Shown here: in pieces, positions 13,309-26,840 of the stretch
Layout of the letters: every line of letters starts with the position of its first letter
Numbering within the stretch: the stretch's first letter is position 1
Notes under the pieces: generated by a model
The model's input: only the letters and a program-made list of their open reading frames with translations
The model's database searches: none
Told to the model about the DNA's origin: nothing
Source of the DNA: Lama glama
Lineage: Eukaryota
Assembly (NCBI GenBank): GCA_028534125.1
Contig: CM052846.1
Span: 4,154,001-4,218,000 of the forward strand
DNA: 64,000 nt
Direction of reading: 5' to 3'
Made by a program: the position numbers and the translations under genes

Positions 13309-16299
13309 GGCAAAAAGACAGTCTGCCATTTTAGAGCGTCATTTACTCATATCCTAAAGGAAGCCTATGAAATAATAATGGCTACAATTTATTGGAAATA
13401 TAATCTATGCTAGATTTTGAACTAGTGGCTTAACAGAATTTTTTTCAGCAACGTGATGTTAGTGTCATTTAAAAAAAGGCCTATATTGTTTCAAACATTT
13501 GCAGTAGTAAGAGTGAGTATATGTAGTTGCTGAGATCCAACGGGCAGAATGATGGAGTAATGGGTGAAAATTATAGGGAGACAAACATGGCTTTGCACAT
13601 GGAAGTCATCGTAGCAAGTAGAACTTTCCAGAATGGAACGATGTTGCATGACATAAAGAAACCTTCATCAGAGGACATGTTAATTCTCCTGCCTCACACT
13701 CAGTCCAGAGCATCCCTACGCTGGCTGGAGTTTTAAACCTCATGACCCCTAGGATCCCACTGGATCCAAGACTTCAAGCTCCCCAGGCAATTTTGCTGTT
13801 GTTGTTCATAAAAGCCTTAAAAAGCAGAGGCAATCTGAAAATAAACTTTGGCTGAATGCTGAATGGCTGAGGGTTAAAATCAATTTTTAGCATTGGCTTG
13901 TATTGGCGATCTTCTGAAATCGAGAAAAACCTTCAAACATTGTGTCACCTCCCCCCCTCATAATTGGATGAGCCAAGGAGGACATCCTAAGATCCCAGAC
14001 TGACAAAGCACTCTGCTGAGACGGAAGGCTGAGTCATTTTAATACTCTCAGCAAAGGGAAATTATAGAGTTAGAATTATGCTCAAGATTTAAGTTATAAT
14101 GAGTTAATGCCCCTATAAACATCCCACTTAATGGTATACTCACCTCACCCCCTTCCCCCACCAATTTCCTCTATCCACAAGTTTGATGAACTGAAAGTAT
14201 TGCGTATAAGAGTGGAGTTTTAAAATGACTGAGTATGTGCTGGCATAACCTTGCTTACATAAAACCCAGGCTGAAGAAATTTTAAACTGAGAGAACATGT
14301 TTTAATGATTCTAAGGAAATTTGCCAAGCTAATGTTTCTACTTTTTATTGCATTATTATTTTTAAAGATTAATCTCATTAAAACACAAATTTATCTTTCT
14401 TCATAAAGGACCATAGCTTAATGAGTGAAAGCACGTAATTTCATCCCCGTCCACCTCATACTCAGTGAAAATGGTAGTTTCTTTGGAATAATTGCCTAGT
14501 GGTGTGGTGCATCTCAAATAGTCCCGTCTTGCACGGCGACCTTCTAGCTTAACCCAACAGGGAAAAGGTCTTTCTACAACCAGTACAGTTTTGCCCTGAA
14601 ATCAGCGATCTGTGCCCATTATATGTGTACAGTGCTTCCATCTGTCACCTTGCCTGTCAGCTTAGTGCTCTGTGCTGCCTAGCAAAGTGCCTGATGGAGA
14701 GTGACTATAGATGCTCAGTAAATATTTAATTACTGCTGTACAGCTACACCTACCTCTCATTTGGCATCTCTCCAAGGCCAAGAGGGGAAAGGCTTGATTT
14801 CACAAGATGAGGACCGCTAGTTCACCCCGCTTATTTACTTCCCCATTTGTGACCAGTCCTGGACTCCCTGGCAGTACCAAGTCCACATCACCAGAGCAGA
14901 GTGGCCAAGACCAAAGGCGGTGGGGCAGAATCAGGGATGTACCTGGCTTCTGAGCTGCAGGCAGACCTCAGCCCTTGAGAGAGCGGAGCCCGTCTACAAC
15001 CACAGATTCCTCTGCAGGAAAGCTGTCACCTGCACGGGTGTTACCCCTTTGGGACTTGGGTTAACTTAAATGAAGAAGAGATCAGTTTGGATAAAATATA
15101 CTTTTTTTTTTTTTTTAGTGTCTCCCTGGCCATCATGGAAGTTAGGTCTGTGGACTCCTCCAACTTAACTCCAAAGCAAGTGTTCTGAACATGCCATGTA
15201 ATATTAGAGTATCTATTTCTACCACATTATTTCACGATTTCCTCCTATTTTAAAAATCTCCTTTCAATATCCTAATAGCCACATCACATAATGACATAGG
15301 GAGAACATAATGAAAAAAGATAAGATGCTTCACTTGGAGCTTAGGGATGTTTCTGGTCAAATTTCTCAGTCTTTCATCACCTTGATCTTGTGACGTTACT
15401 GCCAGAATCACTGATGTCAGGGTTTTCACAAGACTGGCTCACTGATGCTATGGTCTGAGACCTTGACTTGGACTGTAATCAACAGGTCATATACATATTT
15501 AAATCACACAAATTATAAATATCCAATCCATTATATCCAATATAATAGTCTAACTTTAAAACATTACAAGTTATGGAATTGGCTTTGTTTATTGGTAAAG
15601 AAATGCAAGAGTCTTGGATAATATTTGTAAAGAAACAGGAACAGGAACATCTATGACTCCACACACCTGTTTTGTAATGAAGAATCCTGCAATAACTAAC
15701 GGTCTAAGGTACCATCGCTAGATAAAAGCAAAAAAAAAGAAAAAGTGCACATAAGGACTTTTAATAGTCAAAGCCAAATTTATAGTAAGAGCAGAACTGT
15801 ATATATGACGAGAGCCACGTAACAATAAAATTGTCTTTGGAGGAAAGCACTTAAGTAGCAAAAGAACAGAAGATATTCCCAAATGAATCTTCACTGTTCT
15901 TAGTGGCTTCCCCACCGCCCCCATTTCTTTACATTTAGAAGTTTCTCAAGAAACCTATTACACTGACAGGTAATTATTTGATGATGCAGTGACTAGTCAT
16001 GATGATGAGTATAATGAGGATGAACATTAAGCAACACAGGCTAAACACTGTAATGAACCACGATTTTTCTAAGTCACCAAGGTCTTCTCACCTGGAAGAC
16101 CACTTTGTCATCAGCAGAGAATGTTAGCAAGTACAGTGTGGTTTCCAAACTCTCATGGACCCATCTTCTATCTGCAAAAACAGTTTAGAGCTTCAAATCT
16201 GATCAGTCTCTCCTTAAATATGCTTACACAGCTCTGTTTGTGTATGCAAATGTATATTTATGCATATTGAATGTGCATATATGTGTGCTGTATGTGGAA

Positions 16300-16900
16300 A
16301 ATGAGACTCGCATTTCCACATCCATTATCTCATTTAAGCTTTAGAGAAACTATGCAAGGCAGATGTTTTAATCACATCTTTCTATACAAAGAAACAAATG
16401 TTCAATGTTTTCCGAAGAGCGCAGAGGTCGGCATCAGGAGGAGCAGGATTCAAATCAACTCAGATGTCTAGTTGCAAGTCCTGTTCCACCAAAGGGAAGA
16501 AAAGGGATCAGTTTTGTGGTTGGAAGAGGGTCAAATATTGCCGCCACCCATTTGTCCTGTTCAGTGGCCAAGCTACAGCTCCAAATACAGCACTCATTGG
16601 TCAGGAAATTATCTCTATGCAGAGTTAGTACAAGTTCTGATACCGAAGATGAAAATAGCGTATCATGGTAAAGCCAGCATTCAAGAAATGTGCGACCAAG
16701 GCAAGTCCCCTAACCTCAGTAAACCTCAGTTTTCTCATCTGTAGAGATAAGAATACCCATTTAACAATTTAATAATTTAATTTAATGGTGAGGATAACAC
16801 GTACAATGACTGATGTCATAACGGACACAGAGCGCATAGGATAGTGTCTGGCATTTAGTGAGCAATTGTTAAAATTCAGCTGCAATTCTTTTCATTATTG
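16300..16900. mobile_element. Two MIR fragments (minus ~16310-16480; plus ~16680-16900)
   Basis: ggcaagtcccctaacctcagtaaacctcagttttctcatctgta...agtgtctggcatttagtgagc is the MIR core and 3' end; agcaggattcaaatcaactcagatgtc is an antisense MIR motif. Confidence 0.7.
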
Positions 16901-18949
16901 TCCATTGGTATATTTTGTGCCAACACTGCACAGAATTTGTGAGGTACTCCACCATGAAAGCAAGGTGTTTTTTTTTTTCACATCTTAATTTTAATGTAGA
17001 TAATATGAAAAAGTGGACATTAATTTTTCTTAACTTCCTGTGAGTTGTTATCTAGCCAAGAAGACAAGACACTGAAGTGTCTTTTGTAAGAATAGGCACA
17101 GTCCCAAAAAGAAAGGTGGCACAGACTGAAAAAACAGGGGCTGATTAAAAAAAAAAAAAAAGACAGGGCACCTGGTAAAGGACCTAGAAGGGAGAAGGTG
17201 ACACGTTTGTAGCTGCTCTGTGACACGAGCTGTATTTAGCCGCTCTGCTGCCTTGTGCCAGTTGACGAAGACTGGGAACTTCTTCTCAAGTCGTGTGAGA
17301 GAAGCCCAGCTGTCACGTTCAGGAACTTGAGTAGGAAACGTATGCTGTCTGCCAAGCCTGCACGGGGTACAAGCCCAGAGCTTCACAAAAACAGAACGGT
17401 TTCGAAGATGATTGGAAAGATGCGTTCTCACTGACAGATGGAAAGTATCAGAGATTAGGGAGGTGTGCTTTGTGAGTGTGCACATATGTGTGTGTGTGTG
17501 TGCACACCCGTGCTTGCACACACTCATCTGGTGAGGTGGCTGACAACGGAGCTTGACGACTTTAGTAAGAGGGCTGGGCTTCCCAGCTTCTGCGTTGTGT
17601 TTTCTCACAAACCTACTTTTTTTCAATGAATAGTAATCACAATCATTTTTCTACAGACCAGAATGGCTGAAGACTAAAGGATTTTCCTGGCCTTGGCATA
17701 TATATTGGCATGTACAAAACGGTTTGCAGAACCTGCTTAAAAAGCTAAACACACTCCCCCAACACAAACGCAAACAAATACACAAAGATACAATTTTTCC
17801 GTTCTGCCATTATAAACTCAAAATGGCATACCCACTCAGCCTTCATAACAAGGAAAATGGACCTGGTTTCAGTTCAAAAAGATATTAGGGAATTTCCTAG
17901 CAAAAATGAAAAATAGAGGTGATTTTTTCCCCCTAGATACTTCTATTCTTGGATATTTTAATCCCGCCTCCCATGTGGGATGATTACACCAGTCAAGGTA
18001 ACTATAGCAACACTCAGTCCCAGAGATGACGTGCTGCCTGAAATTTAGCCAGTAGTTGACTGCATCATTACTTCTTTGCCTAGCAATTGGAGGTTTCATA
18101 TGCCTGATATGCCTGATGTGTCCACTGTGATTAAAAGCCATTTTGAGGGACAGTCTTCCATTTTTCTGAAAGCATAAAGCTAACTTAGAGAAGAAAATAT
18201 TGGTATTGCTGGTGTCAGAAACTGTAAATATACATGTGCTCTCGTCGTCAGAGGCTCACCCTTGGAATAACTTCTTGGCTGCCTTTTGGGTACCAGAGCA
18301 TCGGGAACCGCACCACAGTGGCAAGACAGCAGCACCTGTCAGTCTCATAAAGCCACAAAGCGCTGGAACTCAGGTTTGTAGATGCTTATAAGCATTCCTA
18401 TTTAACAACCATCCCTGTGCAAATAAAGCAATAAATCTCACCAGCTTAAAAGGAATTCAAAATGTCACTTTGGTTTCCAGCAAAGCCAAAAACTCTCCCC
18501 TCAGCATATGAGCTAAGGTAGAGGGAGTGTTTCAGATTCCAAGACTTGGACCTAACCCCGCAGCACCTGGGACAAAGGCACAGCTTAAGAGTCCTTCTTT
18601 ATAAACGGCATCGTTACCAATGATAGGAATATGTATTCCCTTATCTAAAGTGGGGAAGACAGAGACTCACCCAAGCTTGCAATGAAAAGATCTAGAAAGC
18701 TTTAGAAACAGCCGAGCCAGAACTAGACTGAATATTACTAAAGCTGTGAGCCAGCTTTGTCCAAACGTAGTCCTTGATTAAATTAAAGTCCTTATGTTCC
18801 CCTCTATATATGCAGCAGAAGAAAAGACAAACCGTCTCTTCATGAAAATGATATTTTCTGGATCCTCTATAACTTTAAAACACCATCGCTAACATTTAAA
18901 ACGAAATTACTAAGCGTGTGAGTAGACGGGGCCAGGTAATTAATACATG

Positions 18950-19620
18950 TCAGAGCAAGAAAAAAGATAAAATAGAAGCAAGTACCAAAGGTAGCCGGAT
19001 ACTGAAGTTAGCATAAAACACTTTCAGCTAACTATAAAAAACTATGTAAGAAAACAGAGAAATAGTCAAACAGATATAAAAAAGGTAGAGAATTTAAATG
19101 CAGTATTGGAATCTGTAAAAATTAAAGCCATTTTAAAAATTAAATTAAAAATAAAAATTAATGTGGTTAGAAGTCAAAAGAGAAGTTATTTTTTAAGCAT
19201 GGGAGGCCTGTGGGGAGGGAATAAGAAAGCATTAAGGGTAAAGGTATTGTGTTTTCTTAGGTGTGTCTTGCTGTGAAAATGAATTGCTGTGGATTGCTGT
19301 GACTTAGCAGGCAAAGATTTTCAAGCATCTATTGTAAATATGTTCAAAAAAGTAAGGAAAGCAATGCATATAGAATTAAGGGAAGGTACAGTGGCAATGG
19401 GTCATCTATAGAGAACATAAACAAGGAGGTAGAAATTATTTTAAAAGATGGAAATTATGGGTTTGAACGGGTAATAACCAGAATGAGACAATTAAGAGGT
19501 TCAAGAGTAGATTGGGGTGACAGAAAAAAGAATCAGTGAACTTGAATATAGATCAATAGAGATGATGCAATCTGTAAAACAGAGAGAAAAAAATCATTCA
19601 AAAAATGAAAAGAGCTCTGG
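18950..19620 (+). mobile_element. Ancient L1M ORF1 region fragment
   Basis: A-rich, with motifs taaatatgttcaaaaaa, aaagaatcagtgaacttgaa..tagatcaatagaga and aacagagagaaaaaa typical of old L1 ORF1. Confidence 0.75.
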
Positions 19621-19669
19621 TTACAGAAATCAAGTAATTAAATAATTAGATGTTGCAAGTTTCTGGCTA

Positions 19670-20635
19670 GGAATACTTAAGATTATTAAAATACTATTTC
19701 TTCCCAATTCAATCTATAGATTAAATACGATCCCAACAAAATTTTTAGCGATTGACAAATTGACTCTGGAGTTTATATGGAGGATTAAAAGATGCAGAAT
19801 AATCAACACAATGAAGAAAAAGAACAAAATAGAAGAAAAACAAATTTGGAAGACTGAATTCAAGACTAACTGTAAAACTACAATAGTCAAGACAATGTGG
19901 TACCAGTGAAGGACCAGACTGATCAATGAAACAGAATGGAGAATTCAAAAATAGACCCATACGGACACAGTCAACTGATGTTTGATCTTGGAGCAACAAA
20001 TCGTGGTGAAACAACTGGACATCCACTTGCGAAAAAAGAGTCTACACAAAGACCCTGCATTCTTTACAAAAATTAACTCAAGGATCATAGAACTATATGT
20101 AAAATTCAAACATATAAAGTTACCAGAAGATAACATAGGAAAAAATTTAGATCACCTTTGGTTTGGAAATAACTTGTTAGATGCAGTACCAAAAGCGTGG
20201 TCCATTAAAGAAATAATTGATAAGTTGCACTTAATTAAAGCTAGAAACTTCAATGAAAATTAGAAACTTCTGCTCTGTGAAAGGCATATCAAGAGAATAA
20301 GACTGGAAGAAAATATCTGTAAAACACGTATATGATAAAGGACTGATGTCTAAAATATACAAAGGACTCTTAAAACTCAGCAATAAGAAAATGAACAACT
20401 CCATTAAAAATGGGTAAAATATGTGAACAGATACCTCACTGAAGAATATATACAGATGGCAAATAGGCACATGAAAAGATTTTCAACATCATGTATAGAA
20501 AGGGATTGCAAATTAAAGCAATGAGCTGCCACTACACACCTACTAAAATGACTAAAATCCAAAATACTGACAACATCAAATGCTGGCAAGGATGCAGAGA
20601 AACAGGAACTCTCAGTCATTACTGAAGGGATTACA
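19670..20635 (+). mobile_element. Old L1 ORF2 3' fragment, a second copy nested within the surrounding L1
   Basis: caagactaactgtaaaactacaatagtcaagacaatgtggtac, atagacccata..cacagtcaactgatgtttga, acaaaaattaactcaag and caaatgctggcaaggatgcagagaaacaggaactctca. ORF 19982-20263 (TKINSRIIELYVK...LPEDNIG) is ORF2-like. Confidence 0.88.
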
Positions 20636-20639
20636 AAAT

Positions 20640-23050
20640 AAGAGAATCAGAAAGAATAAAAAAGTTAATATAACAAATTATGTAAATTTATGCTTGCTCT
20701 TTTTTCTTTGCTCAGCCTGTTAAAAAGACATAAGATTCTATGAAGTAATAATTATAAAAAATAGTGTTATATTTGTAATATACATAGACTTATACAGATA
20801 ACAATAATGGCCCAAAAAAGGTGGGGGAAGGATTGGAGCTACACAGTAACAGAGTTTTAGATATCACTGAAACTGAGTGATATTCAGTATGCTTCAAACT
20901 AAGTTTGAATCTGAAATAGGTTATGATAAATTAAGATGTATTTTGTAAATCTCAGAAGAATCACTAAGGAAATAGCTCAAAAATTATTTTAAAGTTACCA
21001 GAGGAATTAAAGTATAACACTACAAAATATCCAATTAACACAAAATAAAGCAATAAAGGAGGAACAGAGGAACAAAGAAGACATAAAACATACAGTAAAA
21101 AAGGGAAATGAATCCAACCATATCAAAACCAAAGTTAAATGTGAATGGGTTAAACAATTTAATCAAAAACTAACCACACTCAATTAGGAAGAAAATAAAG
21201 ATCCAACCTTAAGTAGGAGACACTGCAGGCTTCACGATACCAACAGACTGAAAGTTAAAGGATGAGAACAGATGTTCTATGCAAACAGCAGCATAAAATA
21301 GATGAAGTGATAGTAATATTATTAGACAAAAATGTAGAAATTAAATGGGACATTTAATGATTTTAAAAGGGTAAGTCTATTAGGAATATTAACAATTATA
21401 AATATCTGTGCTCTTAGGCCCAGATGACTTCACTGGTAAATTCTACCAAATATTAATATATATATATAACTAATTCTTAGACAAATTTTCCAAAGTAATA
21501 GAGTAGGAAGGAACACACCTCAATTTATTCTGAGATCATTTCTCTCCTGATGCCAAATCAAAGACATCATTAAAAAAATATAGATCAATATCTCTTGTAC
21601 ATATGACAAAAACAAAAAAGCAAGAAACACTAGCAAATCAAATCCAGCAACATATAAAAAGGATCATACAGTTAGACAAAGTTAGATTTATCCTAGGAAT
21701 GCAACGTTTGTTTAACATCCCAGAATCAATTAATATGATATATACCACAGTAATAATGAATAATAGCCAAGAGATCATCCCAATAGATGCAGAAAAAGCA
21801 TTTGAGAAACCCGATACTCATTCATGATTAAAATGTTCAAAAAACTCTAAATGGAAAAAATTAGCTTCCTCAAGTTGATTGAAGGCATCTGTGAAAAAAA
21901 CAAAGTTAGCATCATACTTAATGTTGAAAGGTGTGAATTCAAGGATGCAGACATCATTTCAGCCATCTTAGAAGTCTGCCTACTTCAGAAAGCTTTACCC
22001 TTAATATCAGAAAAAAAGTTAAATTACCACTATTACCACTTCTATTCAACACTGACTGGAGGTAAAGAAATGTGCCTTGTTCACAGATCAGCATTTGAAA
22101 GGGACCAAGTTTTCCAGTCTTCCGTCATCAATCCCATTTCTCTCTTTTCCCAACACAGAACTCATAGCTCTATTAAATATCAAGGTTTATTATAAAACTA
22201 TACTAAGACAGCATAATGTTGGAATAAAAGTAGACATAGAGACCCATGAAATAGGACATAAATCCCAGAAACTGGTCCAGGTGTATAAAGATGGCTACTT
22301 CTGACAGAGCTGGCATTTTGGTTCACTAGGAAAGGATACCCTTTAAACAATAGTCCTGAAATAATTGGATATCTCTACCCTTAAAAAAAAAAAAGAAGGA
22401 AAAAAGAGAAGAAGGAAGAAAGAAACTGAAACTCTATTTCACATACAAAAATAAGATTAAAAATCAGTCCCCGGGTGGAAGATTTTAAAAATCCAAAAAT
22501 AAAAATTACAGATATCCTAAATGATAACATAGAAGAATACCTTCATTGACTTCAAGATAGTAAAGCATTGTTTTATTAAAAGAGAAAGAGCATCGGTGAT
22601 GAGCTGCGTTATGTCGAAGACTTCTGTTCGTCAAAGGGCGGCATAAAGTCAAAGAACAATATACAAAGAGAATACCTTTGTAATTTTTGCAAGCGACAAA
22701 GAGCATGGACGCAGAATAAAGAAAAAATACAAAGTGAAGTGAACCAACAATGTGAACAGACACTTCGCAAAAGCAAAATTCCAAATGACTAATAAATATA
22801 GGAAAAAGTGCTTAATTCCCTAGTCATGAGAAATTTACCTCTTGTTAAGATAGAGAGGGTTTAATATAGGGGAAAGACCAGTAGTTCAAAGGGATTAGCA
22901 ATTTATACTTTTTAAGGTGTTGGTTACATATTCGTTTGTGCTAATATTATTACTTACAGATTTTTCCTGTTTTATATATATATGAAACATTATATATATA
23001 TATATATATACTTTTATATGTAGGAATTATTTTATAACTTAAAAATAAAG
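20640..23050 (+). mobile_element. Ancient L1M: inter-ORF/endonuclease, RT and 3' fragments with many deletions
   Basis: ttaaatgtgaatgggttaaac (EN start) and ggcccagatgacttcactggtaaattctaccaaa. ORF 21603-21827 LANQIQQHIKRIIQLDKVRFILGMQRLFNIPESINMI...IIPIDAEKAFEK is clearly L1 RT. Decayed 3' portion runs to ~23050. Confidence 0.88.
22991..23010 (+). repeat. (TA)10 microsatellite
   Basis: Perfect run, with extra TA units at 22973-22983. Confidence 0.95.
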
Positions 23051-23171
23051 CATTAACCTGGGTCTTAGGTGAGACAACGTACACAGCACAATCCCTGATC
23101 TACAATGCCCACTCAGAAATTACTTGCTGTTATTGTAAATCGCAAATTAAAAATCCTGTGATTCTCTAAAA

Positions 23172-23490
23172 TAGCGGTCAGCCAACTACAGACTGGAGGC
23201 CAAATCTGGTCCACCACCTGTTAAGAATAGTGATAAACTAAGCATAATTCTCACATTTAAAATGGGGGGGGGAAATCAGAAGAATAATACGTTGTGATAC
23301 ATGAAAATTATATGGAATTCAAATTTCAGTGTCTACAAATAAAGTTTTATTGTAACATCCAACTGTTGGCCCATTGTGTCTGTCTGCCTTCCCTACAAGG
23401 ACAACTTGAGTGGTTGTGACAGAGGACATAATGGCCCACCAGGCTGAAATATTTGCTCCCTGGCCTTTTATAGAAAGTTGGCCGACTCTG
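23172..23490 (+). mobile_element. MER58B hAT-Charlie MITE with 8-bp TSD
   Basis: TIRs tagcggtcagccaact ... aagttggccgactctg and internal aaattcaaatttcagtgtc..aataaagttttattg. Flanks CTCTAAAA (23164-23171) and CTCCAAAA (23491-23498) match at 7/8. Confidence 0.9.
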
Positions 23491-25179
23491 CTCCAAAACG
23501 TTGTATCCTTCCCTTTCCAAGGCCAAGCTGCCCTCTGCGTTCAGAAGACTGCTGTGCGGAGTGGCTCCCCCTTGGCTCGGCTGCCTGAGGAAGGTCCTAT
23601 CTGGGTTCAGGTGGTTTGCTGGGACATAAGCCGTCATCACCTGGGACTGGGGCTGGCTCTGAAAACAGCCTGCAGCCTCCATCTCTTGGTCCACTCCACC
23701 TGCAGCTGTCACTGGAGCTGCTGGGAACCAGGGCCTCTCTGAGCCCTGCAAACTGCCTTCCCCTGAGGATGCTGCTTTATGGAGATTCGGGCCAAGGTGA
23801 GAAGTAAGGGAGGGTCAGGGCTTCTAGGCATAAATTCCAACTCTATGGCTCACGAGACATAAAATCATAGGATATTTGTATTAATGCTTACGATTTTGGG
23901 TTTTTGCCTACAAAAACGGGACTTTAAATCCACTTTAAAGAATTTTTAGAAGAATCAAGGATAATATATGCAAAATTACTGCAAATAATAGACATTCAAT
24001 TAATAGAAGCTGTTAGTATTCATAATCATCAGTTCAGAAGGTATCAGGGCGGAGGAATTAAAAAAACCCACTAGCCTCAGTGGTAATACTAGATTTCAAC
24101 TCGAAGGCCTTTAAAGACCTCCGTTGCCAGGGAGTGGCACAGGCGTGTAATTAATTAATTCAAAAAGACAGGGCCTCCAAGTCTCCGATCAGCTCTTCTA
24201 TCATCTTAAGTGATTCACCCGCCCCATCCACTCTGCTCTGAATTCAGTTGTATAGGCACCCCCCCCCCAGGCACTTATGCACCTCTTACTCACATGGCTC
24301 AACTCACTTTACAATTCCTGGTGATTCTCATTGTGTCTAGGGCACCAAGGTTAAGAGCCAAGGTCAGAGCAAGTTACCAAGAAAATAAAAAGTGAATTCC
24401 TCAGACAGCGGTTCACCTTTTAGGGCCATTGAAGAAGAAAGGCATTTTCCACCTAGGCTGTGAAAGTGGAGGCAAGCCCACGGAATTACCTGTGCATTCA
24501 CATTAGAAAACCCGGTGAGTAGGGTAAGACGTGGACATCAGAGAGTCAGAATGACTGTAATTAAGATGCGACTGAATTCAGTTCGCTCTCAGTTTAACCA
24601 GGTACAAAATGATCTTATTAATGTATCGAAACATGGCATAATAAATTATCCCTTGTTGCTAATTCTTTGAGTTCTCCATCAGAAGCCTTGTTTAAAAGGA
24701 TTAAAAGTAAGTGAGAAAATTATTTCAAGATTATTTCAAACAAAGCAAGACATCACACAGAGGAAAATTAATGGTCTTCATTTCTGGGGAGCTGGGGGTG
24801 TGCACGGAAGGAACTTTGCTTCCCCGGGGGAGCTGGGCAGCCCCGCCCCACGCACAAGGTTAGAAACCTCCCGTGGGACCCCGGCCGGGCTGTGATTAGG
24901 GCGTGTCCACTTGGGGCCGCTGGGGGTGGGAAGACAGCGCATCTGACTAAATGCCTGGCGAGGAGCGCCAGCATGACGCCAGCAGGGCGCCTCTACATCT
25001 GTTCTTCCCTGGAGAAGCGGGAAGAAAACATCGGCTCCCTTGGAACTTCCTCCTCCCCATGGATGTAGGCACGGCTGATGGTCTTTCCAGGGCCTCACAA
25101 GTCTGTGCTAAGAAATCGCAATGGTCGGAGCAAGAGCAACGCTCAGCAGCTCCCAGGACTCGAGCGACGTATTTTATGT

Positions 25180-25580
25180 ACACTCTGCCGTGTAATCTTT
25201 AAAACAGACGTATGAGGCTTTAAAGTGTTCCCATTTATAGATGAGAAAACTGAGCCTAGTAGGGTGAAGTAAGTTCCCCAAGATCAAACTTTGTGCCCAG
25301 AATTCTCCTCTGCACTACCCTGCTCCTTTGCGGTCAGACTCCCTTCATCCGGCTCCCTGGTAGGCGTTCACCCTCCCGCGTATCACTCGTGATAGTTTAT
25401 TTGGCAAATGCACTGTCCTGTAATACGAGGGTGTCTTCAATCCACACCCGGTCTGTACGCATAAGTGTTTGTGACACTGGCTACTTTTTTCCGAGTTCTT
25501 AGAGAGCACAGATTGTATTTAAGAAACATGACTTGTGTACCACCCAGCACACGTGAAGAGGTGAATAAAACATGTTTTCT
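25180..25580. mobile_element. MIR (minus, ~25180-25325) followed by an L2 3' end (~25330-25575)
   Basis: cccatttatagatgagaaaactgagcctagtagggtgaagtaagttccccaagatca is the MIR core; the downstream L2-like tail ends gtgaataaaa. Confidence 0.65.
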
Positions 25581-26639
25581 GGCCAGAAGGTTGCACCTTC
25601 ACTCTGTTTCCTGCTCGATTTCCCCTCTCAGGGAGAAGGAAAGCAGCCCAGAGAACCCGCCTGGTGTCCAGGGGACACCAAGTGCCTGCTTCTCCACTGA
25701 CGCCCCTCTGAGCAAGTCGGAGAATTTAAGCAAATAGACGGCTTCTGACTCGTTGAGTAGCTGCCTTGGAAGATCTCCCTGAGGCTCGATAGCCGTCTAG
25801 ACCGAGCGCTGAGTGCTGGCTTCACCACTTAGCATGTGTGTACTCCTGAGAGAGTTGTTTAACCAACCCAAGCCCTGCATTCTCATCTGTAAACAGAGTC
25901 GGGCAGGTGCTTTTACACTTTGTTCTCTTGGCCTGGTCAGGCCCTTCCGGACCACTCTTGCTGACCAGGCCCACTTCATCTCCTGGTACGAAAGGCTCCG
26001 TGGGTCTTGGCCACATTCCTCATCTGGCCTGGGGTTTAGGCCAAACACCCTGCAATGGAGAGGCAATGGGGACATCTCTCTGCTCGACTTGGCATCTCCA
26101 CAGCAGGCCCAAAGCTCTGAAACGGGCTACTTCTGCTGGCCCTGAAGGCCGCTGAGAGACTCACAGATCCCTTCCACGGGAGCTGACAGAGACCACAAAG
26201 GCCAACACATGCCATCTCTCTGCCCAAATGTGCTCGTGCCCTAACCCTGACCATTTCTATTCTACTGATGCCCACTGTTGCCAGGAGACAACTCTGTGTC
26301 AGTGTTCTCCTCCTAGACTGTGCGTAAGGAAAGAATATTTACGCCTTCATCTTCAGCACTCCGCTCAAAGCTTCCAGCTCCACCTCCTCCCCAGGGTTTT
26401 CCCGAAAGCGGGGACACAAATACTGAAAACCAGGCTTCCCACACATCTGCCTCTCCCGCCTCTCCCATGCTCCCTGGGAACTGGAAGGACCTTTTTTCCC
26501 TCCCCATCCTTGGTGGAGATGACATCCCTATGTGACATCTTCCTTGAGAGGTGGCTGCCACCTCCTCATTCTCAACGATTCTAACCGTGGAATGGCTGTA
26601 AGGGAGCATGGCTTGTGATGGGGAGTGTCGAGAGAATGG

Positions 26640-26840
26640 AATGTTTATAAATTTCATATTTTCAAAGTATTATTCTCATTGTAGACGTTTTCATTTAGTT
26701 GTCATAGAAACTCAGTGAGATAAGCATTCTCACTCCCATTTCACAAAGAAATTGAGGCCCAGGGAGACTTCAGTCTCTTGACACGGTCACTCGCGGATTG
26801 ATCTGTTTTGTCTAACAACCAACGCTTTGCTCTTCCCACC
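26640..26840 (-). mobile_element. MIR fragment
   Basis: agtgagataagcattctcactcccatttcacaaagaaattgaggcccaggga. Confidence 0.65.

Noticed and set aside
17048-17626. Longest ORF (192 aa, minus strand)
   Set aside because: It runs through a (CA)n repeat (HTHTH) and a poly-T tract (FFFFF), has a non-ATG start and contains no recognisable domain, so it is a chance ORF.
21603-21827. Reverse-transcriptase-like ORF
   Set aside because: It is a fragment of a dead L1 ORF2, not a retron or novel RT system.
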